DNA of 64,000 bases from Candidatus Sericytochromatia bacterium (GCA_046328075.1 JAXLXG010000009.1:59613-123612), one strand, 5' to 3'. Numbered from the stretch's first letter, positions 51,122 through 61,208 are shown. A program made the numbers and translations. Notes: generated by a model from the sequence alone, not told the origin.

Positions 51122-51328
51122 ATGTTTATTAATGAAAATGATAAAGATAGGCTTTTAGAAGTAGAAGTTGTTAATGAAACTCCTAATCCTGAAAATACAA
51201 GAAATATTATAGGAGCTATAGCAGATTTTTTTGAACAGGATTCAGAATTAAGAGATCAAGTATTAACAACATTTTTTGTTGGTTTAACTCTAAGTGATAT
51301 AGTTGGAAGCATAAGAAGTTTAAAATAA
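51122..51328 (+). CDS. Small acidic protein (68 aa)
   Basis: AGGAG Shine-Dalgarno 8 nt upstream of the ATG; sits between yeaH and spoVR. Confidence 0.4.
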   Translation: MFINENDKDRLLEVEVVNETPNPENTRNIIGAIADFFEQDSELRDQVLTTFFVGLTLSDIVGSIRSLK

Positions 51329-51355
51329 AATTAGCTTTGGAGATTAATTATTTAT

Positions 51356-51586
51356 ATGGATAACCTTAAAAATAATTTAACAAATAATATAGAAGTGACA
51401 AATAATATACTATCTCAACAATATGAGAGTGATTATAAAGCTCAAAGCATACTTGATGCCTTATATGTTGCCCCTGATATAGTTGGAACAACAGTTGATA
51501 TCGCTTCTGGAAGTTCTGAAGTTGCTGGAACAATTGCAGAAGTATTTGGAGCAGTATGTGAATTTATTGGCGGAATTTGTAATTAA
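51356..51586 (+). CDS. Small protein (76 aa) with a Gly/Ala-rich C-terminus
   Basis: GGAG Shine-Dalgarno upstream; its stop lies 9 nt before the spoVR start. Confidence 0.4.
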   Translation: MDNLKNNLTNNIEVTNNILSQQYESDYKAQSILDALYVAPDIVGTTVDIASGSSEVAGTIAEVFGAVCEFIGGICN

Positions 51587-51595
51587 GGAAATATA

Positions 51596-53098
51596 ATGGT
51601 AAAACCTTCAAGCTTAACACCAGAATTAGAATCAATTAGAGTAAAAATAGAAGCTCATGCTAGGGCTTATGGGCTAGATTTTTTTGAAACTATTTTTGAA
51701 TTAGTTGATTTTGAAAAAATCAATGAAATTGCTAGTTATGGCGGCTTTCCAACACGTTACCCTCATTGGCGTTTCGGTATGGAATATGACAAAATGAGCA
51801 AATCATATTCTTATGGATTATCAAAAATATATGAAATGGTTATTAATAATGATCCTTGTTATGCATATCTATTAAATGCTAATTATCTTGTAGATCAAAA
51901 ATTAGTAATGGCTCATGTTTTTGGTCATTGTGATTTCTTCAAAAATAATTATTGGTTTTCTAAAACTAATAGAAAAATGATGGATAAAATGGCTAATCAT
52001 AGTACAAAAGTTCGTAAATATATTGAAAGATATGGAGAAGATACTGTTGAAACATTTTTAGATGTTTGTTTATCATTAGAAAATCTTATTGATTACTATA
52101 GTCCTTTTATTAAAAGAATAGAAGATCCCATAAAAGTTAATAGATTAGATGAAATAATAGAAGAAGAAAATACAGATTATAAGCTTAAAAGTAAGCCTTA
52201 TATGGATAAATACATTAATCCAAAAGATTTTGTAGATAAAAAACGTGAAGAAGTTAAACAGGAAAAAGAAAAGAAAAAGAATTTTCCACCAGAACCAGAA
52301 AGAGATATTTTACTTTTCTTACTCCAGTATGCACCATTAGAAGATTGGCAATCAACAATATTACAGATAGTAAGAGATGAGAGTTATTATTTTGCTCCAC
52401 AAGGTCAAACAAAAATTATGAATGAAGGTTGGGCTTCTTATTGGCACTCTAAAATAATGACAGAAAAAGCTCTTGATGGTGATGAGTTAATTGATTATGC
52501 AGACCATCATTCAGGAACTCTAGCAACTCAACCAGGAAGTTTAAATCCTTATAAACTTGGTATAGAACTTTATAGAGATATAGAAGAAAGATGGAACAAA
52601 GGTAAATTTGGTAAAGATTATGATGAATGTGATAATTATGAAGAGAAAAGAAAGTGGAATAAAGATTTAGGTCAAGGTAAAGCAAAAATCTTTGAAGTCA
52701 GAAAGGTTCATAATGATGTTACTTTTATTGATAATTTTCTAACAGAAGAATTTTGCCATCAACATAAGTTATTTTTGTATAAATTTAACAGAAATACAGG
52801 AAGATATGAAATTAATGATCGTAAATTTTCAGAGGTAAAAAAGCAGTTACTATTTAATTTAACCAATTTTGGACAACCTATTATTTATGTTGAAGATGGT
52901 AATTATGATAATAAAGGTGAATTATTTTTATCGCATAAGCATGAAGGAATTGACTTGAAAACTGATTATTCAAAAGCAACTTTAGAAAATATTTTCAAAA
53001 TTTGGAAAAGACCTGTAAACCTTAAAACCATTATTGATAATAAAGATAAAATATTAAGGTTTGATGGTAGCTCACATTCTGAAAAATCAGCTTCCTAA
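51596..53098 (+). CDS. spoVR: SpoVR family protein
   Basis: 500 aa with full-length resemblance to SpoVR/YcgB (HWRFGMEYD.., GWASYWH). Confidence 0.9.
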   Translation: MVKPSSLTPELESIRVKIEAHARAYGLDFFETIFELVDFEKINEIASYGGFPTRYPHWRFGMEYDKMSKSYSYGLSKIYEMVINNDPCYAYLLNANYLVDQKLVMAHVFGHCDFFKNNYWFSKTNRKMMDKMANHSTKVRKYIERYGEDTVETFLDVCLSLENLIDYYSPFIKRIEDPIKVNRLDEIIEEENTDYKLKSKPYMDKYINPKDFVDKKREEVKQEKEKKKNFPPEPERDILLFLLQYAPLEDWQSTILQIVRDESYYFAPQGQTKIMNEGWASYWHSKIMTEKALDGDELIDYADHHSGTLATQPGSLNPYKLGIELYRDIEERWNKGKFGKDYDECDNYEEKRKWNKDLGQGKAKIFEVRKVHNDVTFIDNFLTEEFCHQHKLFLYKFNRNTGRYEINDRKFSEVKKQLLFNLTNFGQPIIYVEDGNYDNKGELFLSHKHEGIDLKTDYSKATLENIFKIWKRPVNLKTIIDNKDKILRFDGSSHSEKSAS

Positions 53099-53149
53099 GT
53101 TTTAGATTTAATAAAATAGATTAATAAGATTTTTTTAGAAAGGTTTTAA

Positions 53150-53728
53150 ATGAAAAAAATTTTGATTCTAAGCTTAGTTACAAGTTTAGGTTTTATTAGC
53201 CCATCTTTTGCATTAGAAAAGAGAGGGAGTATTGATAAAGTAATTAATATGGTTCAAATAGATCATAATAATTCTAGGAATTGGTCAAAAGCTGAAAAAA
53301 ATGAAAGTGTATTTGTTGGGGATAATATAAGAACAGGCTTAAGATCAGTAGCACAAATAAATTATGATGATGGAACAAGTACAAGAATAGGAAGTAGAAG
53401 TTTCATTACAGTTAATGATAGAAAAATAAAAATAAAACGTGGATATATGTGGGGTAAAGTTGATAAAAATAAAACAAAAGGATTAAAACTTTTTACCTCA
53501 AATGCAGTTGCTTCAATATTAGGAACTGAATTTTTTATTGAGAAATCTGGAAATACTACTAGTTTAGTTGTTCTAGAAGGTGAAATTGAATTTAAAAGTC
53601 TTAAAGGTAACGTAAAGGTTACTGAAGGAACCTTTTCAACAATAGATGATAAAGGAATAATAACAGATCCTATACCTTTTGATAAGGATACAGTTTTAAA
53701 AAGATATGCAGAACTATTAATAGATTAA
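53150..53728 (+). CDS. Secreted FecR-domain protein
   Basis: Signal peptide. The central region (VGDNIRTG..SVAQINYDDGTSTRIGSRS...ILGTEFFIE) fits the FecR fold. Confidence 0.5.
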   Translation: MKKILILSLVTSLGFISPSFALEKRGSIDKVINMVQIDHNNSRNWSKAEKNESVFVGDNIRTGLRSVAQINYDDGTSTRIGSRSFITVNDRKIKIKRGYMWGKVDKNKTKGLKLFTSNAVASILGTEFFIEKSGNTTSLVVLEGEIEFKSLKGNVKVTEGTFSTIDDKGIITDPIPFDKDTVLKRYAELLID

Positions 53729-53742
53729 TTTCTAATAAAAAA

Positions 53743-53776
53743 TAGCCTTGAAATTAATTTTCAAGACTATTTTTTT
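53743..53776. terminator. Bidirectional rho-independent terminator between the convergent FecR-like gene and hpf
   Basis: 10/11-bp stem TAGCCTTGAAA / TTTCAAGACTA with a 5-nt loop, flanked by an A6 run upstream and a T7 run downstream. Confidence 0.7.
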
Positions 53777-53793
53777 GTTATTAATTTTAATTT

Positions 53794-54189
53794 TTAATAA
53801 GTTGAGTAAACTTCATCCTCTGAATTATCTTCTTCATAAGAATCGTTATCAACCATTGTTTCTGTTAATTTTAATTTATTAGTTCTGTTTCTAACTTTCT
53901 TTTCCTCATATTTCTTCATTTGACGATCAAGTTTATCAATTACTAAGTCAATTGAAGCATACATATCTGGATTTGCTTCTTCTGCTCTTAATACAGCACC
54001 ATTAGCATAAATATTAACGTCTATAATATTATTATTTGCTATTCTTGGATTCTTTTCTACGTGCATTTCTACTACAATTTCAACAATATGTTGGGCATAC
54101 CTGTCAAGCTTTGATAACTTCTTCCCGATATATTCCTTTAATGCGGGTGTAACATCAATGTTTTTGCCTTTTATTACGAGTTTTGCCAT
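53794..54189 (-). CDS. hpf: Ribosome hibernation promoting factor (RaiA/HPF, sigma-54 modulation protein family)
   Basis: 131 aa; MAKLVIKGKNIDVTPALKEYIGKKLSKLDRY is the typical HPF N-terminus. Confidence 0.9.
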   Translation of the reverse strand: MAKLVIKGKNIDVTPALKEYIGKKLSKLDRYAQHIVEIVVEMHVEKNPRIANNNIIDVNIYANGAVLRAEEANPDMYASIDLVIDKLDRQMKKYEEKKVRNRTNKLKLTETMVDNDSYEEDNSEDEVYSTY

Positions 54190-54468
54190 GCTATTCCTCC
54201 TAAAAAATATAAAAAATCTGGATAATTAAACATAAGTTCTCTAATAAAATAATGATTTGGACTTAGTTTTAAAAACTAATTTAATAAAAAATGATAGAGC
54301 AGGTTTAAATTTTCATGAAAATCTAAAGGAATTTATTAACGAATATAAATCATGAATACTTTAACACTTAAATATTTAATTTCCAAAGTTCATAAAACCA
54401 ATTATAGCACAACATAAAGATATATAAACTTGAATATGATGTAAAATACATTTATATTTAGATATTAA

Positions 54469-54542
54469 GCGTTCGTAGCTCAGTTGGATAGAGTAACCGA
54501 CTTCGAATCGGTTGGTCGTGGGTTCAAGTCCCACCGAACGCA
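54469..54542 (+). tRNA. tRNA-Arg (anticodon UCG)
   Basis: Cloverleaf: 7-bp acceptor GCGTTCG/CGAACGC, D-arm TAGCTCAGTTGGATAGAGT (as in known tRNA-Arg), anticodon loop CTTCGAA, T-arm GTGGGTTCAAGTCCCAC. CCA is not encoded. Confidence 0.85.
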
Positions 54543-54641
54543 TAAGTCAATCTTTTTTTATTATTATTTATAAATACTAATAATAAACTAATATTACTCT
54601 GTTATAATTCACTAACTTGTATATAAGATTTGGAGAAAAAT

Positions 54642-55130
54642 ATGAAAATAGGACAAAATACAGCCGCATCAATTAACTATACTCTATATTTAGAAGATGG
54701 TAATATTGCTGATAGCTCAGAAGGAAATGAACCATTAACATTTTTATTTGGTTATGAAAATATAATCCCTGGTTTAGAAAAAGCTCTTGAAGGATTACAG
54801 AAAGGTGATAAAAAGACAGTTGTTATACCACCTGCTGAAGCTTATGGCGATTTTGAAAAAGATGGTTTTCAAGAATTAGATAGATCAGAATTTCCTGATG
54901 ATGTGGAACTAGAAGTTGGAATGCAGCTAATTTTAGAAGATGAAGAAGGTTACCATGTACCTGCTATCATAGATAAATTAACTGATAAAATTGTTACTAT
55001 GAACTTTAATCACCCTTTAGCAGGTGAAACTCTTAAATTTGATGTTGAAGTTGTTGATGTTAGAGAAGCTACAAAAGAAGAAATAGAACATGGTCATCCA
55101 CATGGACCTGATGGACATCACCACCACTAA
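54642..55130 (+). CDS. slyD: FKBP-type peptidyl-prolyl isomerase SlyD with a His-rich metal-binding tail
   Basis: FKBP plus IF insert domain; the C-terminus is HGHPHGPDGHHHH. Start ATG 54642 (MKIGQNT..). Confidence 0.9.
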   Translation: MKIGQNTAASINYTLYLEDGNIADSSEGNEPLTFLFGYENIIPGLEKALEGLQKGDKKTVVIPPAEAYGDFEKDGFQELDRSEFPDDVELEVGMQLILEDEEGYHVPAIIDKLTDKIVTMNFNHPLAGETLKFDVEVVDVREATKEEIEHGHPHGPDGHHHH

Positions 55131-55136
55131 AAATTA

Positions 55137-55898
55137 TTAAAAATGATTTTTCTTTTCTCTTAGTATAGTAAATGCATCAAGAGAATTATAGTTTTCAAGA
55201 CCTAATATCTTTTTTAGGTCTTGATTCATTACCATAAAAAATGGATTAAAAACTAATTCTTTCTCAAGATTAGTTGGCACAGTATATTTATTATTTGTTC
55301 TTAATTCTTTAACCTTTTCAAAATAATTTTCAAAATAATTATGACTTAGTGATAAGCAAAATTTTAAATTATCTAATGTGTATTCATGCCCACAATAAAT
55401 TTTAGTATTAAGATCTAAATTTTTTACTAATTTTTCTAATGATTTATACATTTGCTTTGGTGAGCCTTCAAATAATCTTCCACACCCTGAAGAAAAGATT
55501 GTATCACCAACAAAAGCAATTTCTTTATTAAAATAACAAATATGTCCTAAAGTATGACCTACAATATCAAGAACAGATAATTCTATTTCACCAATATAAA
55601 CTTTATCTCCTTCAATAAGAAAATCTGTCTGACAATCAATTCTTTTATTTTCCATATCATATTTTGAAGCATAAAATTTTATATCAGGAAAATGTTTTTT
55701 TATTTGATTATTACCACCTGTATGATCATTATGATGATGGGTATTTAAGATAGCAACAGGTTTTAAATTATTTTCTTGAACATAGTTTATAAAAGTATCA
55801 GAATCATAAATATCAATACCTACACACATAGAAGTTTTTTCACATACAAGTATCCAATTATAATTATCTTTTAAAGCAGGGTATTGATATACATACAT
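55137..55898 (-). CDS. gloB: Hydroxyacylglutathione hydrolase (glyoxalase II, metallo-beta-lactamase fold)
   Basis: THHHNDHTGGN metal-binding motif; 253 aa. Confidence 0.85.
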   Translation of the reverse strand: MYVYQYPALKDNYNWILVCEKTSMCVGIDIYDSDTFINYVQENNLKPVAILNTHHHNDHTGGNNQIKKHFPDIKFYASKYDMENKRIDCQTDFLIEGDKVYIGEIELSVLDIVGHTLGHICYFNKEIAFVGDTIFSSGCGRLFEGSPKQMYKSLEKLVKNLDLNTKIYCGHEYTLDNLKFCLSLSHNYFENYFEKVKELRTNNKYTVPTNLEKELVFNPFFMVMNQDLKKILGLENYNSLDAFTILREKKNHF

Positions 55899-56408
55899 TT
55901 TGTTATTTCACATTCTCTTTTGTTTTAAATGAAAGTTCAGAATTAACTATCATAGCAATTGTAGTAAAATCATTTTTAGGATTATGTGCTTTTATAACTC
56001 CATTAACTGAAACACCAGACATTTATTATTACTCTCCTAGAACAAAACTCCACAAAACTAAACTTTAAATAGTTATAGTTCTAAATATAATGAACCTTTC
56101 TTGATATAACTATTTTATTACCTTATCTTAATTAAAAATTTACTTTATAAAAAATTTGAAATTATGCTATATTTTTTATATTTTTAATCATACTCAAACA
56201 AAATTAGTTTGCATTTTTACGATGAGTTAAAACTATATATTCAAAGGTTTCTTTAGTTCATAAAATGTAAATTATAAAATATCAATTTTAATTATAAATT
56301 AAAATTATTTTGAAATACTTTTTTTGAGTAATTTTAAATTAACTAAACATAATTTATAATGTTAGATGTAAATGATTCTAAAACAATGGAGTACTTTTAA
56401 ATTTACTT

Positions 56409-57314
56409 ATGAATTATAATCCAGAAGCTCTTGACCACCTAAATAAAGGTATTGAATTATTAAAAGAAAATAAAGATGAGGAAGCTGAACAAGAATTTGT
56501 AAAAGCTATTGAACTTGATGAGCGTTTAGCTCCTGCTTATAATAATTATGGTATTTTAAAACTTATACAAGGTTTTATGGATGGAGCTTTAGATTCATTT
56601 AAGAAAGCGACAGAAATAGATCCAAAAATGTTTGAATCTTATAGTAATGCTGCTTCTGTTCATCAACAAAGGCATGAATTTGATAAAGCAGAAGATTTAT
56701 ATAAGCGTTCTCTACAAATTAAATCTGATAATGTTGATAGTTATTACAACCTAGGAGTTTTATATTTAGATCAAGGAAAGCTTGAAGAAGCCAAAAAAGT
56801 ATTAGAAAAAGCTTGTCAATTAGATTCAACTCATACTCAATCTTTTTATCTTTTAAGTTCTATATATTTTAAACTTGAAGATTTTTATGCTGCAATAGCA
56901 AATTTACAACACGTTTTAAATAATACACCTGATGATATTAATGCAAGATATGCATTAGCTGAAATATATAGAAGACAAGGTAAATATAAAATTGCTATTG
57001 AACAGTTAGAAAGAGTTTTAGCTTTAAACCCTGAAAATGAGAAAGCACTAGTATGCTTAGGTCTAATTTATGTTGAAATTAAAGAAGGTGGACTTGCTCT
57101 TCCAATTTTTGAAAAAGCTTGTCAGGTAAATGATAAAAATCCAGAAATATTAGAAATGTTAGCTATATTATATGAAATGGATGGTCAACCTAATAAAGCT
57201 TTAGAAGTTTGTAAAAAAGCAATAGAATTATCACCTGATGATCCATATATTAATGAAACATATGAAAGATTATTAGATTCTCCTTACTTAACAGGTTTAG
57301 GAGATAAAAGTTAA
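56409..57314 (+). CDS. TPR-repeat protein (301 aa), cytoplasmic
   Basis: About 7 tandem TPR units; no signal peptide. Confidence 0.8.
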   Translation: MNYNPEALDHLNKGIELLKENKDEEAEQEFVKAIELDERLAPAYNNYGILKLIQGFMDGALDSFKKATEIDPKMFESYSNAASVHQQRHEFDKAEDLYKRSLQIKSDNVDSYYNLGVLYLDQGKLEEAKKVLEKACQLDSTHTQSFYLLSSIYFKLEDFYAAIANLQHVLNNTPDDINARYALAEIYRRQGKYKIAIEQLERVLALNPENEKALVCLGLIYVEIKEGGLALPIFEKACQVNDKNPEILEMLAILYEMDGQPNKALEVCKKAIELSPDDPYINETYERLLDSPYLTGLGDKS

Positions 57315-57477
57315 GAATTTTAATTATGTTAAATATATATTTAATAATGATTGAATCAATAATAAGTTTGTTTTAGAATTTGTATAAATAGATTTTAAAT
57401 TCTACATAAAAATGTTATAAACATTATATAGCACCATAAATTAAAAGTTTAAGTGTATTAAAGTTTGGAGGAAACTG

Positions 57478-58254
57478 ATGTCATATATAAACCCTATGCT
57501 TAGTGGTAATCTTGCTCTAGGTGGTATACAAATGTCACTTGCAGCTGCTTATGAGAGCAGAATTCATACATTCTCAAGAATGACTGTAGCAAGAGCACAA
57601 TTTGCGGGTGATACTGCTGTGACATTAACAGATGGTTCATATAATACTAGATTTATTGGTGGTGTTCCAAATAATGACATACCTAAATCTGCAACAGCAC
57701 AATTAGCAAATACCTCCAATACAGCAGGTCAATGGGGTAAACCTTTAGTTATAAAGCCTTTAAGAGATCCTTTTACTGCTGAAATATATGATTACGCAGT
57801 ATTTAATGCAGATGGCACACACCCTGGTGCAGCTGCAGGAAACCCGTATGATCCAACATACAGACCAATTTTTTGGAATGGAGCTACTAATAGATGGGAA
57901 ATAGACACAGCTGCTTCAAGATACCTTGTAAATAAGCAAACTGGTGAAATATATGTAAATAAGGTTACAGGACTTATTGAGCATCAAAATCCTGATGGTT
58001 TAGTGGATGTTGATGGAAGTGGAACTCAAACAGCAATAATAAACAATAATTTGGGTTTTATTGGAAATGCAAATCCTGTTGCTACAAGAAAAGATAACGT
58101 AGTTGGTATAGTTGATTTTGAAGGCTTACAAGGTGGTGCTTTATCAAATGCACAACAACAAGCTTCTGAACTTTCAGGAGTTATATCTTCACTTACAAGT
58201 ATTCTTAGAAGTGCTAATGAAAATAAGAAAACCACATTAGGTTTAATTAGATAA
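57478..58254 (+). CDS. Hypothetical protein (258 aa), G/A/T/N-rich, no recognisable domain
   Basis: Long ORF with a GGAGG Shine-Dalgarno upstream (tttGGAGGaaactgATG). Its composition differs from the neighbours. Confidence 0.5.
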   Translation: MSYINPMLSGNLALGGIQMSLAAAYESRIHTFSRMTVARAQFAGDTAVTLTDGSYNTRFIGGVPNNDIPKSATAQLANTSNTAGQWGKPLVIKPLRDPFTAEIYDYAVFNADGTHPGAAAGNPYDPTYRPIFWNGATNRWEIDTAASRYLVNKQTGEIYVNKVTGLIEHQNPDGLVDVDGSGTQTAIINNNLGFIGNANPVATRKDNVVGIVDFEGLQGGALSNAQQQASELSGVISSLTSILRSANENKKTTLGLIR

Positions 58255-58270
58255 TATAAGATGAACTAAA

Positions 58271-58297
58271 AAAAGAACCCAAAAGGGTTCTTTTTTT
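58271..58297. terminator. Bidirectional rho-independent terminator
   Basis: AAAAAGAACCC-aaaa-GGGTTCTTTTTTT lies between the convergent 57478 (+) and 58308 (-) genes. Confidence 0.75.
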
Positions 58298-58307
58298 ATG
58301 ATTTTAT

Positions 58308-58901
58308 TTAAAAATACTTTTCTTCCCAATTTTCTGAAAATACTAAATCATTTAAATTTTTTCTCTCTCTTTTTAATAACTCTCTTTCTTTTAGTTTTTC
58401 ATTTAAAATATCAGGTTCTCCTATATATCCTAAAGCCATTACAGTTTTTGCTATATAATCATTTGGTATATTAAATTCTTTAGTGATAGCTTCTTGGTTA
58501 AAACCAGCCATTTGATGTGCATAAATATTTTCTGACATTGCTTGAAATGTGATATATGAAGCAGCTTGCCCTAAATCATATTCATTCCATGCATTTTCTT
58601 TTCCATTATCATAAGTTTTTTTAGCTATTAATAATACAAGTACAGGAGCGAATTTAGTCCAAATTTTATTACCTTCATCTAAATGATTTGTTATTTTAGA
58701 ATATGTTGTATTTTCATCCTTTACTCCAACAATAAATCTCCAAGGTTGTCCATTAGCACATGAAGGAGACCATCTTGCTGCTTCAAATATCCTAACTAGA
58801 GTATCATTTTCTATCTTTTTATCTGAAAATGCTCTAGGACTCCAACGCTTTTGTAATAAATCCATAATTGGTAATTTAGTTTCTGCATTTTTATTAGTCA
58901 T
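58308..58901 (-). CDS. Nitroreductase family protein
   Basis: RWSPRAFSDK...ARWSPSCANGQPWRF is typical of the NAD(P)H nitroreductase fold. Confidence 0.85.
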   Translation of the reverse strand: MTNKNAETKLPIMDLLQKRWSPRAFSDKKIENDTLVRIFEAARWSPSCANGQPWRFIVGVKDENTTYSKITNHLDEGNKIWTKFAPVLVLLIAKKTYDNGKENAWNEYDLGQAASYITFQAMSENIYAHQMAGFNQEAITKEFNIPNDYIAKTVMALGYIGEPDILNEKLKERELLKRERKNLNDLVFSENWEEKYF

Positions 58902-58960
58902 GTTTTCTCCTAATTTTTTATTATTTAAATTACATTTGATTATAGCTAAGTATTCTTTAT

Positions 58961-59872
58961 TTATCGAGTGTTTAAAATTAGTATTTTATATATTTCAATT
59001 AAATCTTTAAACTTTAGATTTTCTTTTCCAAATAAAAAATATAAAAAGTAACGAAACAGATATAATTTTTTTATAAAATTAGCTTTATATGAACCATATA
59101 CTTTTTTATAAAACAAAAATCTTCCATTTTCTATTGCTATTAATCTATTAATATTATTCATTTTATTTATAGAATAATTTGAAATATGCTTAATTTTAGA
59201 GTCTGGAACTAGTCCAATCTTATATCCTTTACTTCTTATCCTGTATTGTAATTCTGTTTCTTCATAGTATAAAAAGAAATCATTATCAAAACCTTTAAAT
59301 TCATGAATAATATTACTTCTTATCATTAAGGCAGCTCCTGTTACATAAGGAACTTCACTAAAAACATCTCTTTTATAAGTAACACAATCAGAAAGTTTTT
59401 CTTGATAATAGCTTTTAAAAATCTTATGTAAACCAAATTCAAATAATGCTTTTTTTATTGTAGGGAAATTACCATAAGAATATTGTAATCTAAGATTTTC
59501 ATCATAAAGATTGGAACCACAACAAGCAAAATCTTTATGTGTTTCCATAAAATCATAAAGAATTTTAATAGAGTTATTTAATAGCTCAGTATCTGGATTT
59601 AGTAAAAAATAATATTTTGAATTAAATAACTCAAATATTTTATTATTAGCTTTACCAAAGCCTATATTATTTTCATTTTCTATTATATATATTTCAGGAT
59701 AACTATTTTTTATAATTTCAGTTGTATTATCATTTGAATTATTATCTATAATAACTATTTTATAATTTAAATCCTTCGTTTTTTCTACAATGGATTTAAG
59801 ACAGTTATAAATAATATCTGAAGAATTAAAAGTAACAATAGCAACTATTAGATCCATATTATTTAAATACAT
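58961..59872 (-). CDS. Family 2 glycosyltransferase
   Basis: IVAIVTFNS...IIDNNSNDNT and the DxD region of GT-A fold GT2 enzymes. Confidence 0.85.
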   Translation of the reverse strand: MYLNNMDLIVAIVTFNSSDIIYNCLKSIVEKTKDLNYKIVIIDNNSNDNTTEIIKNSYPEIYIIENENNIGFGKANNKIFELFNSKYYFLLNPDTELLNNSIKILYDFMETHKDFACCGSNLYDENLRLQYSYGNFPTIKKALFEFGLHKIFKSYYQEKLSDCVTYKRDVFSEVPYVTGAALMIRSNIIHEFKGFDNDFFLYYEETELQYRIRSKGYKIGLVPDSKIKHISNYSINKMNNINRLIAIENGRFLFYKKVYGSYKANFIKKLYLFRYFLYFLFGKENLKFKDLIEIYKILILNTR

Positions 59873-60957
59873 GAATTATAGATTTTATATGTTTCATAAG
59901 CTGTTTTGTCCCAACTAAAATCTTTTGCTCTTTCTAAACCCTGTTTTGATATTTTAAACCTTAATTCTTCATCATAATACATTTTTTCTAAAGCTTCAGA
60001 AATATCTCTTATTTCGTAAGGATCAAAATATAAACAATTATCTTGTACAACTTCTGGAATAGAACTTAATCTAGAACACATTATTGGACAACCTGTTGAC
60101 ATAGCTTCTACTAATGGTAAACCAAAACCTTCATACAAAGATGGAAAAACTAAAAATAAGGCATAAGAATACAATATTATTAATTCATCTTCTGTAATTC
60201 CTTCTATAAAAAATACTTTATCTTTTATAAATAAATTTTCTATTAATTCATCTAATTCATTGTTTGAATTACAAGTTAAAATCATTTCTGGGAAATCTGG
60301 ATTTTTTTCCAAAACTTTTGAATATGATATAAGTAATCTCTTTAAATTTTTATTAGGTCTATTATTTCCAACATATAAAATAAAATGGTTTTTATCTATA
60401 TTCAAATTATAAAATAAATCAATAATACCTAAATGTGGGCTAAAATTTTTATTTGATGCAAGTGGTGTTATATATATTTTATCCTCATTATAATTACCTA
60501 ACCAAGATTTTAAATCTTTTTTTGAATTTTCTGATATAGTTATGATTTTTTCTGCATTCAATAAACCTTTTTTTACTATAGTTTCATAATATATTCTATA
60601 AGGGATACCATAAATATCAGAAAATTTTATATGTATTAAATCATGTATTGATACTATATATTTTGTTTCTCTAATAAAAGGTATATTATAAGATGGTACA
60701 TGGAACAAATCTAAATTACTTTTATCAACTAAATTTCCTAAATACCAAAGTCTTCTTATATCATTTTTTGAATATTTAACTATAATTTTTTCATTATCTT
60801 TAAAATATTCATCACTTAATAAAGGAGATTCTATATTTACAAATAATACTAATTCTAATTCATTATATTTTTTAAGATGATAACATAATTCATAAGTGTA
60901 TTTTCCTATTCCTGTAGGACTATTAGAATAAAAAACAGTATCAATACCAACTCTCAT
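59863..60957 (-). CDS. Family 1 (GT4-type) glycosyltransferase
   Basis: C-terminal EGFGLPLVEAMSTGCPI motif of the GT-B fold. It overlaps the GT2 start by 10 nt and the upstream Grx-like stop by 1 nt. Confidence 0.85.
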   Translation of the reverse strand: MRVGIDTVFYSNSPTGIGKYTYELCYHLKKYNELELVLFVNIESPLLSDEYFKDNEKIIVKYSKNDIRRLWYLGNLVDKSNLDLFHVPSYNIPFIRETKYIVSIHDLIHIKFSDIYGIPYRIYYETIVKKGLLNAEKIITISENSKKDLKSWLGNYNEDKIYITPLASNKNFSPHLGIIDLFYNLNIDKNHFILYVGNNRPNKNLKRLLISYSKVLEKNPDFPEMILTCNSNNELDELIENLFIKDKVFFIEGITEDELIILYSYALFLVFPSLYEGFGLPLVEAMSTGCPIMCSRLSSIPEVVQDNCLYFDPYEIRDISEALEKMYYDEELRFKISKQGLERAKDFSWDKTAYETYKIYNSCI

Positions 60958-61208
60958 TAAAATTTTCTTGAACTTAATTTTTTTATTAGTTCATCTTCTG
61001 TTATACGATGTTTAAATGCAATAATTCCATTTAGATGAACAACAGGTATATCATATTTATATTTTTCAAATATTTCTGGATCTTTAGTTATATCAATTTC
61101 TTTAATATCAAATTCAATATTTTTATGTACTTTATTCACAACTTCTTTTAATTTATCACATAACTCACAGTTTTCTTTAGAATATATTTCTAATAATACT
61201 TTATTCAT
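60957..61208 (-). CDS. Glutaredoxin-like small thioredoxin-fold protein (CxxC)
   Basis: 83 aa. CELC active site ~13 residues from the N-terminus, resembling DUF836/Grx-like proteins. Confidence 0.5.
   Translation of the reverse strand: MNKVLLEIYSKENCELCDKLKEVVNKVHKNIEFDIKEIDITKDPEIFEKYKYDIPVVHLNGIIAFKHRITEDELIKKLSSRKF

Noticed and set aside
54469-54542. tRNA-Arg as an attachment site for an integrated element
   Set aside because: No integrase, direct repeat of the tRNA 3' end, or atypical gene block lies nearby. The flanking genes (hpf, slyD, gloB) are housekeeping.
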